Origin: an uncultured Planctomycetia bacterium
GTDB lineage: Bacteria > Omnitrophota > Gorgyraeia > JABMRG01
Reading direction: 5' to 3'
NCBI GenBank assembly: GCA_964492885.1
Contig: CAZBMI010000001.1
Coordinates: 1-28,113 of the forward strand
DNA: 28,113 bases
Shown: piece after piece, positions 8,601 to 16,809 of the stretch
How positions within the stretch are numbered: the first letter of the stretch is position 1
How the letters are laid out: each line of letters opens with the position of its first letter
Program-made: the position numbers and the translations under genes
Notes under the pieces: model-generated
Seen by the model: the letters and a program-made list of their open reading frames with translations, nothing else
Database searches by the model: none
What the model was told of the DNA's origin: nothing

Positions 8601-9680
8601 TTACTTTGTTATCCAGCCGCCTCCCAATACGGTCTGCCTTCTGTAAAAGACGGCGGCCTGGCCCGGGGCGGGCGCGCTCTGCGGACGTTTAAAAATAACC
8701 TCGCATGAGGAAGGTGATGTTATAGTAAGCCTTGCTTGTGATTTTCTGTTTCTGTATCTTATCTTAACATGTACTTTAAGCTTCTTTTTATTCTTTTTTA
8801 AAGGCACTATCCAGTTTATATTCCTTACCTTTATGCTCTTTCTTAATGTATCTTTGTAAAGGCCTGCTATGATATCGCCTCTCTTGTGGATAATATCCGT
8901 TACGTATATCGGCTTGCCGTATGGGATTCTTAAGCCCTTTCTCTGCCCTATGGTGTAAAAGCAGGTACCTTTATGCTCGCCCAATATATTACCTTCCTTA
9001 TCTTTTATAAGCCCGTGCCTTATACTGCCTGCGAGGTTATTCTCAAGGAATCTGTTAAGGTCATTATCCTCTACAAAGCATATCTCCTGAGACTCTTTTC
9101 TATGCACAGCGCTCAACTTCTCTCTTTTTGATACAGAATATACCTCTTTCTTTGTAATGTTTCCAAGCGGAAGAATAAGTTTGGAGAGAACATCCTGTTT
9201 TAAGCCGAATAAGACATATGACTGATTCTTCCGGCTGTCTTTCGCGTCTCTTACCACGAAACAGCCTTTTTTCTTATCATAAGCGCACTTTGCGTAGTGC
9301 CCTGTTGCGATATATTGTATCTTGAGTTTGCGCGCTGTTTTTAACAGCAGGGGAAACTTTATTTTCTGATTACAGATAACACAGGGGTTTGGCGTCAAGC
9401 CTTTTTTGTAGCTTTTAATAAACTGCTGTATAACTTCTTTGTCAAACTTTTCTGCGCAGTCAACAACATAGTGCGGTATATTAAGCCTTTTGCATGTTTT
9501 CTTCGAGTCACTGGCAACATTGGATAAGAAATCATCTGAGTGCTTGGCTTTAAGAATCGAGTTTGGCTTGAAGTCAAAGGTTACACCTGTTACAGAATAA
9601 CCCTTCTTCTTTAAGAGGAACGCGGCTGCTGATGAATCCACTCCGCCGCTCATTGCAAGTGCTACGGATTTCTTATTCAT
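8601..9680 (-). CDS. mnmA: tRNA-specific 2-thiouridylase MnmA
   Basis: AMSGGVDSS PP-loop, NPCVICNQKIKF, ATGHYA, ESQEICF, TIGQRKGL, and APGQAAVFY. Confidence 0.97.
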   Translation of the reverse strand: MNKKSVALAMSGGVDSSAAAFLLKKKGYSVTGVTFDFKPNSILKAKHSDDFLSNVASDSKKTCKRLNIPHYVVDCAEKFDKEVIQQFIKSYKKGLTPNPCVICNQKIKFPLLLKTARKLKIQYIATGHYAKCAYDKKKGCFVVRDAKDSRKNQSYVLFGLKQDVLSKLILPLGNITKKEVYSVSKREKLSAVHRKESQEICFVEDNDLNRFLENNLAGSIRHGLIKDKEGNILGEHKGTCFYTIGQRKGLRIPYGKPIYVTDIIHKRGDIIAGLYKDTLRKSIKVRNINWIVPLKKNKKKLKVHVKIRYRNRKSQARLTITSPSSCEVIFKRPQSAPAPGQAAVFYRRQTVLGGGWITK

Positions 9681-9723
9681 GGTAAGGAAAGTTTATATTG
9701 AAAGTATGTATAGGCTAAACGTC

Positions 9724-9810
9724 TTGTCATTGCGAGGAGCTTAAAGCGACGAAGCAATCCCAAAATGTTAGAGATTGCCGCGCCTTGCTACGCAAGGCTC
9801 GCAATGACAA
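9724..9810. repeat. REP-like palindrome, GTCATTGCGAG family (empty form)
   Basis: Perfect 13-bp ends TTGTCATTGCGAG/CTCGCAATGACAA, inner GCAATC/GATTGC pair, and a small hairpin GCCTT-GCTACGC-AAGGC. It lies between hppA and mnmA. Confidence 0.9.
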
Positions 9811-9823
9811 ACGATTATAGTAA

Positions 9824-11920
9824 CTATTTAATCAAGGTATTTGCCATGACAAAAGCGGCAAATACAACAGAAACCATAGACATAAGCTTAATCAATATAT
9901 TAAGTGACGGGCCTGCCGTATCTTTGAACGGATCGCCGACTGTATCACCTACAACACCTGCCTTATGCGCGAATGAGCCTTTCCCGCCGTGCGCGCCCTC
10001 TTCTATGTATTTCTTGGCATTGTCCCAGACGCCGCCTGTGTTAGCCATCATTACAGCAAGAACAAATCCTGATACAAGCCCGCCTACTAAGAGACCTACT
10101 GCTGCCTCAAGGCCTGCTGTTATTCCTATTACAATAGGGGCAAGTAAAGCTAAAAGCGAAGGAAGAATCATCTCTTTCTGCGCGGCGGTAGTAGCAATGT
10201 TTACGCATGCCGCGTAATCAGCTTTCTCCTTTCCTTCCATTAAGCCCTTTATCTCCTTAAACTGGCGGCGCACTTCAAACACTATCTTGCTCGCCGCGCG
10301 GCCGACAGCCTGTAAGAGCATTGAGCTGAACAAAAACGGCAGCATGCCTCCTATAAATAGCCCTGTAAGAAGCCTTGGATTAAGGAGTGACAAATCAAGC
10401 TCCCTGCCTAAAAGATATATCTGGTCCCTATAAGCAACTATAAGAGCAAGCGCTGTAAGGGCGGCAGAACCTATCGCAAAGCCCTTGCCTGTTGCGGCAG
10501 TCGTGTTTCCTAGTGAGTCAAGGGCGTCGGTACGCTTTCTTACTTCTTCGCCTAATCCCGCCATTTCAGCGTTTCCGCCCGCGTTATCAGCAACCGGGCC
10601 GTAAGCGTCTGTTGCCAAAGTAATGCCAAGGGTTGAAAGCATACCTACTGCAGCAATACCTACACCATAAAGGCCGGCATTAAAATTAACCGCTCCTCCT
10701 GATAAGTAAAAAGCTGTTAATACCGCTATACAGACAGCCATAACAGGCACTGCTGTTGACAACATGCCGATTGAGATGCCCGCAATAACAGCTGTCGCAG
10801 GTCCTGTCTCCGCGCTCTCTGCCACTTTCTTGGTGGGGTTATAACGCGCTGATGTGTAATACTCTGTTGAAAAGCCTATAGCTATTCCGCATATAAGGCC
10901 TGTTATAACAGAGTAGTATACGCCTATATGCTCCATACCTAAGCTGTATTTTATTATAAAAAAACTGGTTAAGGCTATAAGGGCCGCGGATACGATAATC
11001 CCTTTTCGTAATGCCTTTAAAAGTGTGCCTTGAGTCGCGTCTTCTCTGCACCTTACAAAGAAGGTACCTATAATAGAGCATATAACACCTGTGCCTGCCA
11101 TAATCATAGGCACTTTAACTCCGCTCATGCCTAAACCCGCGGCAGCTCCTAATGCCGCGGTCGCGACCATTGAGCCCACATAAGACTCGTAAAGGTCTGC
11201 TCCCATTCCTGCTACATCACCAACATTATCTCCTACGTTATCAGCAATAACAGCGGGGTTTCTTGGGTCATCCTCAGGAATACCTATCTCAACCTTACCC
11301 ACAAGGTCTGCTCCGACATCAGCTGCTTTTGTAAATATTCCTCCACCCACTCTCGCGAACAGCGCCTGCGAGCTTGCCCCCAGCTCAAAGGTAAGCATAG
11401 TACTGGTTATCGCAAGGACTTTATCAAATCCTACCGGTATCGGGTGTGTTGAATAGAACCAGTCCAGTATAAAAAACCATATGCTCAAGTCCAAAAGCCC
11501 TAAACCTACAACAGTAAGCCCCATGACAGTACCTGAATCAAAAGCAACCCGCAAGCCGCTGTTTAAGCTGCTTCTGCAGGCATTTGCAGTACGCGATGAG
11601 GCGCTTGTGGCGATGCTCATGCCGATATATCCTGAAAGCCCTGAGAAGAACCCGCCTGTTATAAAAGCAAAAGGAACGAATATAACAAGGTACCCTTTGT
11701 ATGAGAGATATAAAAGAATGAAAAATACAACCACAAAGAATATACTTACCACAGAATACTGCCTCTTCATGTAAGCCCTGGCCCCTGTCTTTACAGCCAG
11801 GGCTATTTCCTTCATCCTGTCAAGCCCCTCGTCTTTTTTGTATATCCTGAAGCTCAAAAACCCGGAAAACAGAAGCGCTATCAATGAACTTATAGGCGCG
11901 ATAAAAAATAAGACCTGCAT
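9824..11920 (-). CDS. hppA: K+-dependent membrane-integral pyrophosphatase, Na+- or Na+/H+-translocating
   Basis: GGGIFTKAADVGADLVGKVE, EDDPRNPAVIADNVGDNVGD and GDTVGDPFKDTAGP. GNTTAA marks the K+-dependent type and GADLYESY has Glu at the Na+-PPase position. SD AAGGAG upstream. Confidence 0.96.
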   Translation of the reverse strand: MQVLFFIAPISSLIALLFSGFLSFRIYKKDEGLDRMKEIALAVKTGARAYMKRQYSVVSIFFVVVFFILLYLSYKGYLVIFVPFAFITGGFFSGLSGYIGMSIATSASSRTANACRSSLNSGLRVAFDSGTVMGLTVVGLGLLDLSIWFFILDWFYSTHPIPVGFDKVLAITSTMLTFELGASSQALFARVGGGIFTKAADVGADLVGKVEIGIPEDDPRNPAVIADNVGDNVGDVAGMGADLYESYVGSMVATAALGAAAGLGMSGVKVPMIMAGTGVICSIIGTFFVRCREDATQGTLLKALRKGIIVSAALIALTSFFIIKYSLGMEHIGVYYSVITGLICGIAIGFSTEYYTSARYNPTKKVAESAETGPATAVIAGISIGMLSTAVPVMAVCIAVLTAFYLSGGAVNFNAGLYGVGIAAVGMLSTLGITLATDAYGPVADNAGGNAEMAGLGEEVRKRTDALDSLGNTTAATGKGFAIGSAALTALALIVAYRDQIYLLGRELDLSLLNPRLLTGLFIGGMLPFLFSSMLLQAVGRAASKIVFEVRRQFKEIKGLMEGKEKADYAACVNIATTAAQKEMILPSLLALLAPIVIGITAGLEAAVGLLVGGLVSGFVLAVMMANTGGVWDNAKKYIEEGAHGGKGSFAHKAGVVGDTVGDPFKDTAGPSLNILIKLMSMVSVVFAAFVMANTLIK

Positions 11921-11967
11921 ATTGTTTACTCCTTATCCTTTTAAAGTTTTTGGTTATATCTACCGTT

Positions 11968-12013
11968 ATTATAAAATTATTGCCAGATGCCGCAAGAAAA
12001 TACACCTGGCAAT
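11968..12013 (-). promoter_or_regulatory. Candidate hppA promoter with an overlapping inverted repeat
   Basis: TTGCGG-16 nt-TATAAT (11995-11968). ATTGCCAGATG (11979-11989) and CACCTGGCAAT (12003-12013) form a 10/11 inverted repeat around the -35 box. Confidence 0.4.
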
Positions 12014-12082
12014 ATTTTTACGATTATATGTTATTTGTTTCAAATACTCAAGGATTGTTTTTAAATTAATGAAGATTATTAA

Positions 12083-12168
12083 AGATTCTTCGCTTCGCCC
12101 CGTTATAAATTTTGCTGATATTAGCTTTTCATATAAATTTGGTACGGGGCTTCGCGCTCAGAATGACA
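12083..12168. repeat. Half REP (GTCATTCTGAG family) carrying hairpin module copy 2 (12098-12149)
   Basis: AGATTCTTCG...GCTCAGAATGACA right arm. The module is flanked by a CTTCG direct repeat at 12093-12097 and 12150-12154. Confidence 0.8.
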
Positions 12169-12176
12169 ATGGGTTA

Positions 12177-13679
12177 CTAATTAACAGTCCGGATATTTAC
12201 ATCTTCTACATGAAGGGTATCATCGGATACTATTGATATACGTCTTTTAAAGACGCGTTTTAATTTCTCGATAGCCGCTGAATCGTCATTTACAAGCCTT
12301 TGGGCTATCCTGGGGTGGACAACAACCTCCACCCTCAACCTTCGTGACCTTCCGGACTTAAGCACGCTCTTGATTTTCCTCAGCGCTGAAATAGCTATCG
12401 CGCTGTCAGATTTTACCATGCCCCTGCCATCGCAGTAAGGGCAGTTTTCGTATGAAACACTCTGCAGGCTTTTTCTCACGCGCTGGCGTGTCATCTCCAC
12501 TATATTGAGTTCTGAAAATGATATAATATTGGTTCTTGCCTTATCTTTTTCAAGGGCGTTCTGCAAGAGCGAATATATCTCCTTCTTGTGTGATGATATC
12601 TCCATATCTATAAAATCTATTATTATAATGCCGCCTATATCGCGTAAGCGCAGCTGGCGCGCTATTTCAACCGCAGCCTCTTTATTGACTTTAAATATCG
12701 TGTCCTCAAGGTTTTTCTTTCCCGTAAAACGCCCGCTGTTTACGTCGATAGCTATCATACCCTCTGTCTGTTCTATTGTAATAAAACCGCCGCATTTCAA
12801 ATATATCTTGCGCTCAAAGAGCTTGTCTATCTCCTTCTCAACGTTATATTTTTCAAAAAGAGAAACAGGCTCCTTGTGAAGCCTCAGCTTGTTCCTGTAT
12901 GAAGGCGTTATCTTGGAAACAAACCCCTTCAAACGCTTAAATTCATGTATTTCATCAACTACAACCCTTGTAGTGTCGTCGCTTAAAAAATCCCTTAAGA
13001 CCTTTAGCGCTATGTCAAACTCCTCAAAAAGAAGAACCGGTGATTTCTGTTTCTTTGCGGCAGCGCTTATCTTATTGTACGTATCAAGAAGATACTTTAT
13101 ATCCCGCGTAAATTCTTTCTTGCCGCAGCCCTGAGCAGCTGTCCTTGCCACAACCCCTGTATCTTTAGGAAGTCTTATGCTCTGCAAAAGAGCCTTTATT
13201 CTTTTCCTCTCATCATCATCCTTAATCCTGCGCGATACGCCTATCTTCTTTGAGGTAGGCATAAGCACAAGATACCTTCCGGGAAGGGATATGTGCGTGG
13301 TTAAGCGCGCGCCTTTTGTGCCAAGGGGCTCTTTTGTTATCTGGACAAGCACATCCTGGCCTTTTTTTACAATTTCGCTTATCTTTGTCTTATGCGTGCG
13401 GTGTTTATGCCCGTTTGCCGGAAAAAAGAACCCTGAATCCTCATCTTCTATTAAAGGCGCTGTTATATCATCAACATAAAGAAACCCGTTCTTCTCAAGC
13501 CCGCAGTCAACAAAGGCAGCTCCCATACCGTTTAATACAGAGCTTATCGCTCCTTTATATACATTACCGACAATTCTCTTTTTGGAAATTCTCTCTACAA
13601 AATACCACTCCAGTTTCTTTTCGCGCAGTATGGCAACTCTGCGCTCTCCTGCCTCTATGTTTATAAGTATCTCTTGCAT
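12177..13679 (-). CDS. rng: Ribonuclease E/G family endoribonuclease
   Basis: GNVYKG S1 domain, QITKEPLGTKGARLT, IAIDVNSG, RLRDIGGIIIIDFIDM, EMTRQR and Zn-link CPYCDGRG. At 500 aa it has no long C-terminal scaffold. SD AAGGAG upstream. Confidence 0.95.
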   Translation of the reverse strand: MQEILINIEAGERRVAILREKKLEWYFVERISKKRIVGNVYKGAISSVLNGMGAAFVDCGLEKNGFLYVDDITAPLIEDEDSGFFFPANGHKHRTHKTKISEIVKKGQDVLVQITKEPLGTKGARLTTHISLPGRYLVLMPTSKKIGVSRRIKDDDERKRIKALLQSIRLPKDTGVVARTAAQGCGKKEFTRDIKYLLDTYNKISAAAKKQKSPVLLFEEFDIALKVLRDFLSDDTTRVVVDEIHEFKRLKGFVSKITPSYRNKLRLHKEPVSLFEKYNVEKEIDKLFERKIYLKCGGFITIEQTEGMIAIDVNSGRFTGKKNLEDTIFKVNKEAAVEIARQLRLRDIGGIIIIDFIDMEISSHKKEIYSLLQNALEKDKARTNIISFSELNIVEMTRQRVRKSLQSVSYENCPYCDGRGMVKSDSAIAISALRKIKSVLKSGRSRRLRVEVVVHPRIAQRLVNDDSAAIEKLKRVFKRRISIVSDDTLHVEDVNIRTVN

Positions 13680-13715
13680 GTTGTATTATCACTCCTTTGC
13701 TGCTGATATTAATGT

Positions 13716-13850
13716 TTGTCATTGCGAACGAAGTGAAGCAATCTCAAAACATTAAAGATTGCCACGCCTTGCTACGCCCCGTTATAAATTTATATGCCAA
13801 CGCATATGAGCAAAATTTGTAACGGGGCTACGCAAGGCTCGCAATGACAA
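13716..13850. repeat. REP-like palindrome (GTCATTGCGA family) carrying hairpin module copy 3 (13777-13827)
   Basis: Same layout as 9724-9810, but the GCCTT-GCTACGC-AAGGC loop is interrupted by a 51-bp module flanked by CTACG at 13772-13776 and 13828-13832. Confidence 0.9.
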
Positions 13851-13856
13851 TACCCC

Positions 13857-14156
13857 TTATTCTACATGTGTTATTCGTACTCCCTCCGGCAATTGGCTGT
13901 TAAGCCGCTCTTTAACAGCAAGAGGGTTTACGTTCTCATCAAGGACAAACTCCATCTCTTCTTTATCGGATTCGATGCCCAGTTTTAATGCCTTATTTAT
14001 TCTTACGACAGGCCTGGGCCTGAACCCCTTGGTCAGGTAAAACTTAAGGCCTGTCCTTCGCAATGCCCTGTTAAAAAGCCTTAAAAGATCCAGATGCGAG
14101 ATATAGCGCATCCATCCGTTTTTACTGAATATAACATGATATAATATTTTCATCAT
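13857..14156 (-). CDS. DUF2344 / radical SAM-linked family protein, short form
   Basis: FSKNGWMRYISHLDLLRLFNRALRR..L.FY..KGFRPRP...ALKLGIES..E matches this family from memory. It sits upstream of rng, a common context. Confidence 0.8.
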   Translation of the reverse strand: MMKILYHVIFSKNGWMRYISHLDLLRLFNRALRRTGLKFYLTKGFRPRPVVRINKALKLGIESDKEEMEFVLDENVNPLAVKERLNSQLPEGVRITHVE

Positions 14157-14193
14157 AATAAATGGGGCACAGGCACCTATCTTTGGCTATTGA

Positions 14194-15696
14194 TTAATGA
14201 TATCTTATGTCTTCAGCCTTTTCTACTTTGAAGAAATCTTTGACAGTCTTCTCCATAAGCGCTTTGTCATCATTGTCTTCATCTACAAGCTGGACTGTAA
14301 CAAATATCAGAAGGTCCTTTGTGTTTATTTCATCATCCTTATATTTAAAGAGTTCCCCAAAGAGCGGTATATCTCCTAAAAAAGGCACTTTCTTGTCAAT
14401 CCTGACAGTAGTATTCTCTCTTAATCCTCCTATTACTATAGTCTGGCCGTCTTTTATCATGACCTGCGTCTCAGCTGTCCTTGTTGTAAAACGAGGCGCC
14501 TGTATGGCGTTGTCACCTGAGCCGAAATTGTCCCACTGGTCAAATTTGCTGACTTCGGGTTTTAAGTTAACTACTATATCTTTCGCGTCATTTACATGAG
14601 GAGTAACCGTAAGCGTTATGCCTATATCCTTCTCGGTATAACCTGTTATCTCCATCTGGCCTGTCTGGTCATTTCTTTCATATGTCGGTATATTAAAGAC
14701 ATCGCCTACAACAACCTTTGCCTCCTGGTTATTCAGTGTTGTTATAGTAGGATTTGACAATATATTCGTATCAGTAGTCTGGTCCAAAAGCTTTAGCGCG
14801 GCTTCCAGGCCTGTGAAATCCAGCGTGCCGAATGTAAAAGACGTTGCCTCAACATACGGAAAGACAGGGTCTACAACACTCGGAAAATCGTCTGTCGAGT
14901 CTCCGAGAGGCAGATAACCATTAATGGATTTATTCTTTCCTTTATTGGAAAAAGGCACCTCAGACCTGTCAAAGGGAAGTGTAGTAGGCCTTGAAGAGCC
15001 CGAGGCGCTTACTTCTACATTCCAATCAATGCCAAGCTCATCCTCATCCTTTATCCTTGCCTCTATAATCCGGGTCTCAATGGATACCTGCTGAGTCCTC
15101 TTGTCCAGCCTCTCTATAACGGTCTTTACTTTATGAAGGTTAGTCGGTATATCCGTAACTATAAGAGTGTTGGTCTTTTCATCGTACTTTACACTGCCTC
15201 TTTCGGTTAATGTAGCCTCTATGGCAGCTGCCACATCTTTGGCGTTTGAATAGTTTAGAACAAAGACCTCATTCTGCAAATCCTCTTCTGCTACACTGTC
15301 CAATGTAATAACCCTTATAATGTTTCCTATCCTCTCGCTTGCTAAGCCCTGGTTTTTCAGGATAACCTCAAGGGCCGTATTCCATGGGACATCCACGAGC
15401 CTTATGCTGACCTGGCCTTCGACATCGCTTGAGGCTACTATATTAACTCCGCTTTTATATGAGAGCGTATGCAGGACTGTCCTGATATCAGCATCCTTAA
15501 AAATCAATGTAACATTTCCCGGGGTAGAAGAATCCTCTGCATCGGCAATTATATCCCGGCCGGTATGTTCAGGCAGGGGTTGTAAAACAGGTATCTCCCC
15601 GGCAGGAGAATCTTCCGCATAGGAATAATCCCGGTAACTGAAACCGAAAACAGCAGCCACGCATAAACAACAAACTAATAATATTTTAAACCTCAT
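14194..15696 (-). CDS. pilQ: Type IV pilus secretin
   Basis: Signal peptide, STN/N domains (TLIFKDADIRTVL...WNTALEVIL), QVSIETRIIE, ILSNPTITTLNNQEA, and KKVPFLGDIPLFGELFK. It ends the pilMNOP run. Confidence 0.92.
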   Translation of the reverse strand: MRFKILLVCCLCVAAVFGFSYRDYSYAEDSPAGEIPVLQPLPEHTGRDIIADAEDSSTPGNVTLIFKDADIRTVLHTLSYKSGVNIVASSDVEGQVSIRLVDVPWNTALEVILKNQGLASERIGNIIRVITLDSVAEEDLQNEVFVLNYSNAKDVAAAIEATLTERGSVKYDEKTNTLIVTDIPTNLHKVKTVIERLDKRTQQVSIETRIIEARIKDEDELGIDWNVEVSASGSSRPTTLPFDRSEVPFSNKGKNKSINGYLPLGDSTDDFPSVVDPVFPYVEATSFTFGTLDFTGLEAALKLLDQTTDTNILSNPTITTLNNQEAKVVVGDVFNIPTYERNDQTGQMEITGYTEKDIGITLTVTPHVNDAKDIVVNLKPEVSKFDQWDNFGSGDNAIQAPRFTTRTAETQVMIKDGQTIVIGGLRENTTVRIDKKVPFLGDIPLFGELFKYKDDEINTKDLLIFVTVQLVDEDNDDKALMEKTVKDFFKVEKAEDIRYH

Positions 15697-15700
15697 TTAT

Positions 15701-16237
15701 CTACTCCTTTAACTTAAAAGTGTGGTCTTCTCCATTAAAAGACAATATCACTTTATCGGCATAAATCTTCTTTATCTGTATCTTGCCTATAGAAGAGCCT
15801 TCTTTTAACACCAGGTCATTCATAATCACTACAGATTCACCTGCGGGGTCATAAAGAATGCCCTCAAGCAACACATCATCAAGGGATTCCAAAGTTCCGT
15901 ATGTGATTGTAAGCTTACCGTCTTCGGTAACCAGAGGGATAAAAGGATCCCTGCGGCCCCGGCTCTCGTATTTAAAAGAGGCGGGCTCTTCCTGGGCATA
16001 CATTAGGGTACAAGAGGCAAGAACATAAGTGATAAGGCACAAGCCTATTGTCATTGCGAGGCGCTGCTTGTCATTCTGAGCGTTAGCCCCGTACCAAATT
16101 TTTATATTTGGTTCGGGGTTAGCGAAAAATCTAAACGGGTAGATCCTTCGTCGCCTGACTACTGCAGGCTCCTCAGGATGACATCGGCTTCGCTTGCGCT
16201 CGCAATGACTATATTGTGGATAATTATAAATAATCAT
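15701..16237 (-). CDS. pilP: PilP-like pilus assembly protein; N-terminus contains an in-frame palindromic repeat (alternative start at 16054)
   Basis: YESRGRRDPFIPL and LEGILYD...VIMND...EG..IG.IQIKKI, positioned between pilO and pilQ. The ATG at 16237 overlaps the pilO stop (ATGA). Confidence 0.7.
   Translation of the reverse strand: MIIYNYPQYSHCERKRSRCHPEEPAVVRRRRIYPFRFFANPEPNIKIWYGANAQNDKQRLAMTIGLCLITYVLASCTLMYAQEEPASFKYESRGRRDPFIPLVTEDGKLTITYGTLESLDDVLLEGILYDPAGESVVIMNDLVLKEGSSIGKIQIKKIYADKVILSFNGEDHTFKLKE
16046..16213. repeat. Three-level nested palindrome: outer GTCATTGCGAG REP, inner GTCATTCTGAG REP (16069-16183), and hairpin module copy 4 (16087-16118)
   Basis: Outer 15-bp inverted ends with 1 mismatch and inner TGTCATTCTGAG/CTCAGGATGACA ends. 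The module is flanked by TTAG at 16083-16086 and 16119-16122. Confidence 0.85.
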
Positions 16238-16809
16238 GTTTCATTTAATATATAGGTATTAACCAGCACATATACAAGGTGGTGCGTAAAATCTTTAGGG
16301 TCAGAACTTATCTTGATATCCGATATACGCATAAATATATCGGCATTCTCTAGTTTGTTTAAAAAGGTACCGAGTTGATGGTAACCGCATACAGCCTTTA
16401 TTGAAATAGGAAATTTCTGATAAGCGCTCAAGGCCGTATTCTGCTGTTTTTCAGAAACTACAGGGTACGGCTTTATTGAGACAATCTTGACACCCGAGTC
16501 CTTAGCGATCTCCGAAAGGTCCCTTAAGAGACTTGATATCTCCTGTTTTGTGGATAGCTTCTTCTTGTGCTGTGAGATGTCTTTCCTTGCCTTTTCTATC
16601 TGCGCTTTGTACCTGGGTATACTGGCAACCGCGTTCTCATGGTCGGCCAGCTGCGTCTTAAGCTGTCTTAATTTAGGGACCGTCTGCAATAAAGACGAGA
16701 TTGTGGGCCTTAAAAAGAGAGTATAATTAGCGACTAAAAGGCATAAGGTTATTATGCCGTATAATATGAGTTTCTGGTTCCTGGCTATCTCCTGCCTAAA
16801 GTTTTTCAA
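16234..16809 (-). CDS. pilO: Type IV pilus assembly protein PilO
   Basis: N-terminal TM, coiled coil, EISSLLRDLSEIAKDSGVKIVSIKP, and GYHQLGTFLNKLEN. The start was moved to TTG at 16809 because AAGGAG (16820-16815) lies 5 nt upstream. Confidence 0.88.
   Translation of the reverse strand: MKNFRQEIARNQKLILYGIITLCLLVANYTLFLRPTISSLLQTVPKLRQLKTQLADHENAVASIPRYKAQIEKARKDISQHKKKLSTKQEISSLLRDLSEIAKDSGVKIVSIKPYPVVSEKQQNTALSAYQKFPISIKAVCGYHQLGTFLNKLENADIFMRISDIKISSDPKDFTHHLVYVLVNTYILNET

Noticed and set aside
11838-12236. 132-aa plus-strand ORF across the hppA-rng gap
   Set aside because: It overlaps both neighbours in antisense, runs through a repeat and AT-rich promoter DNA, and has a low-complexity I/K/F composition.
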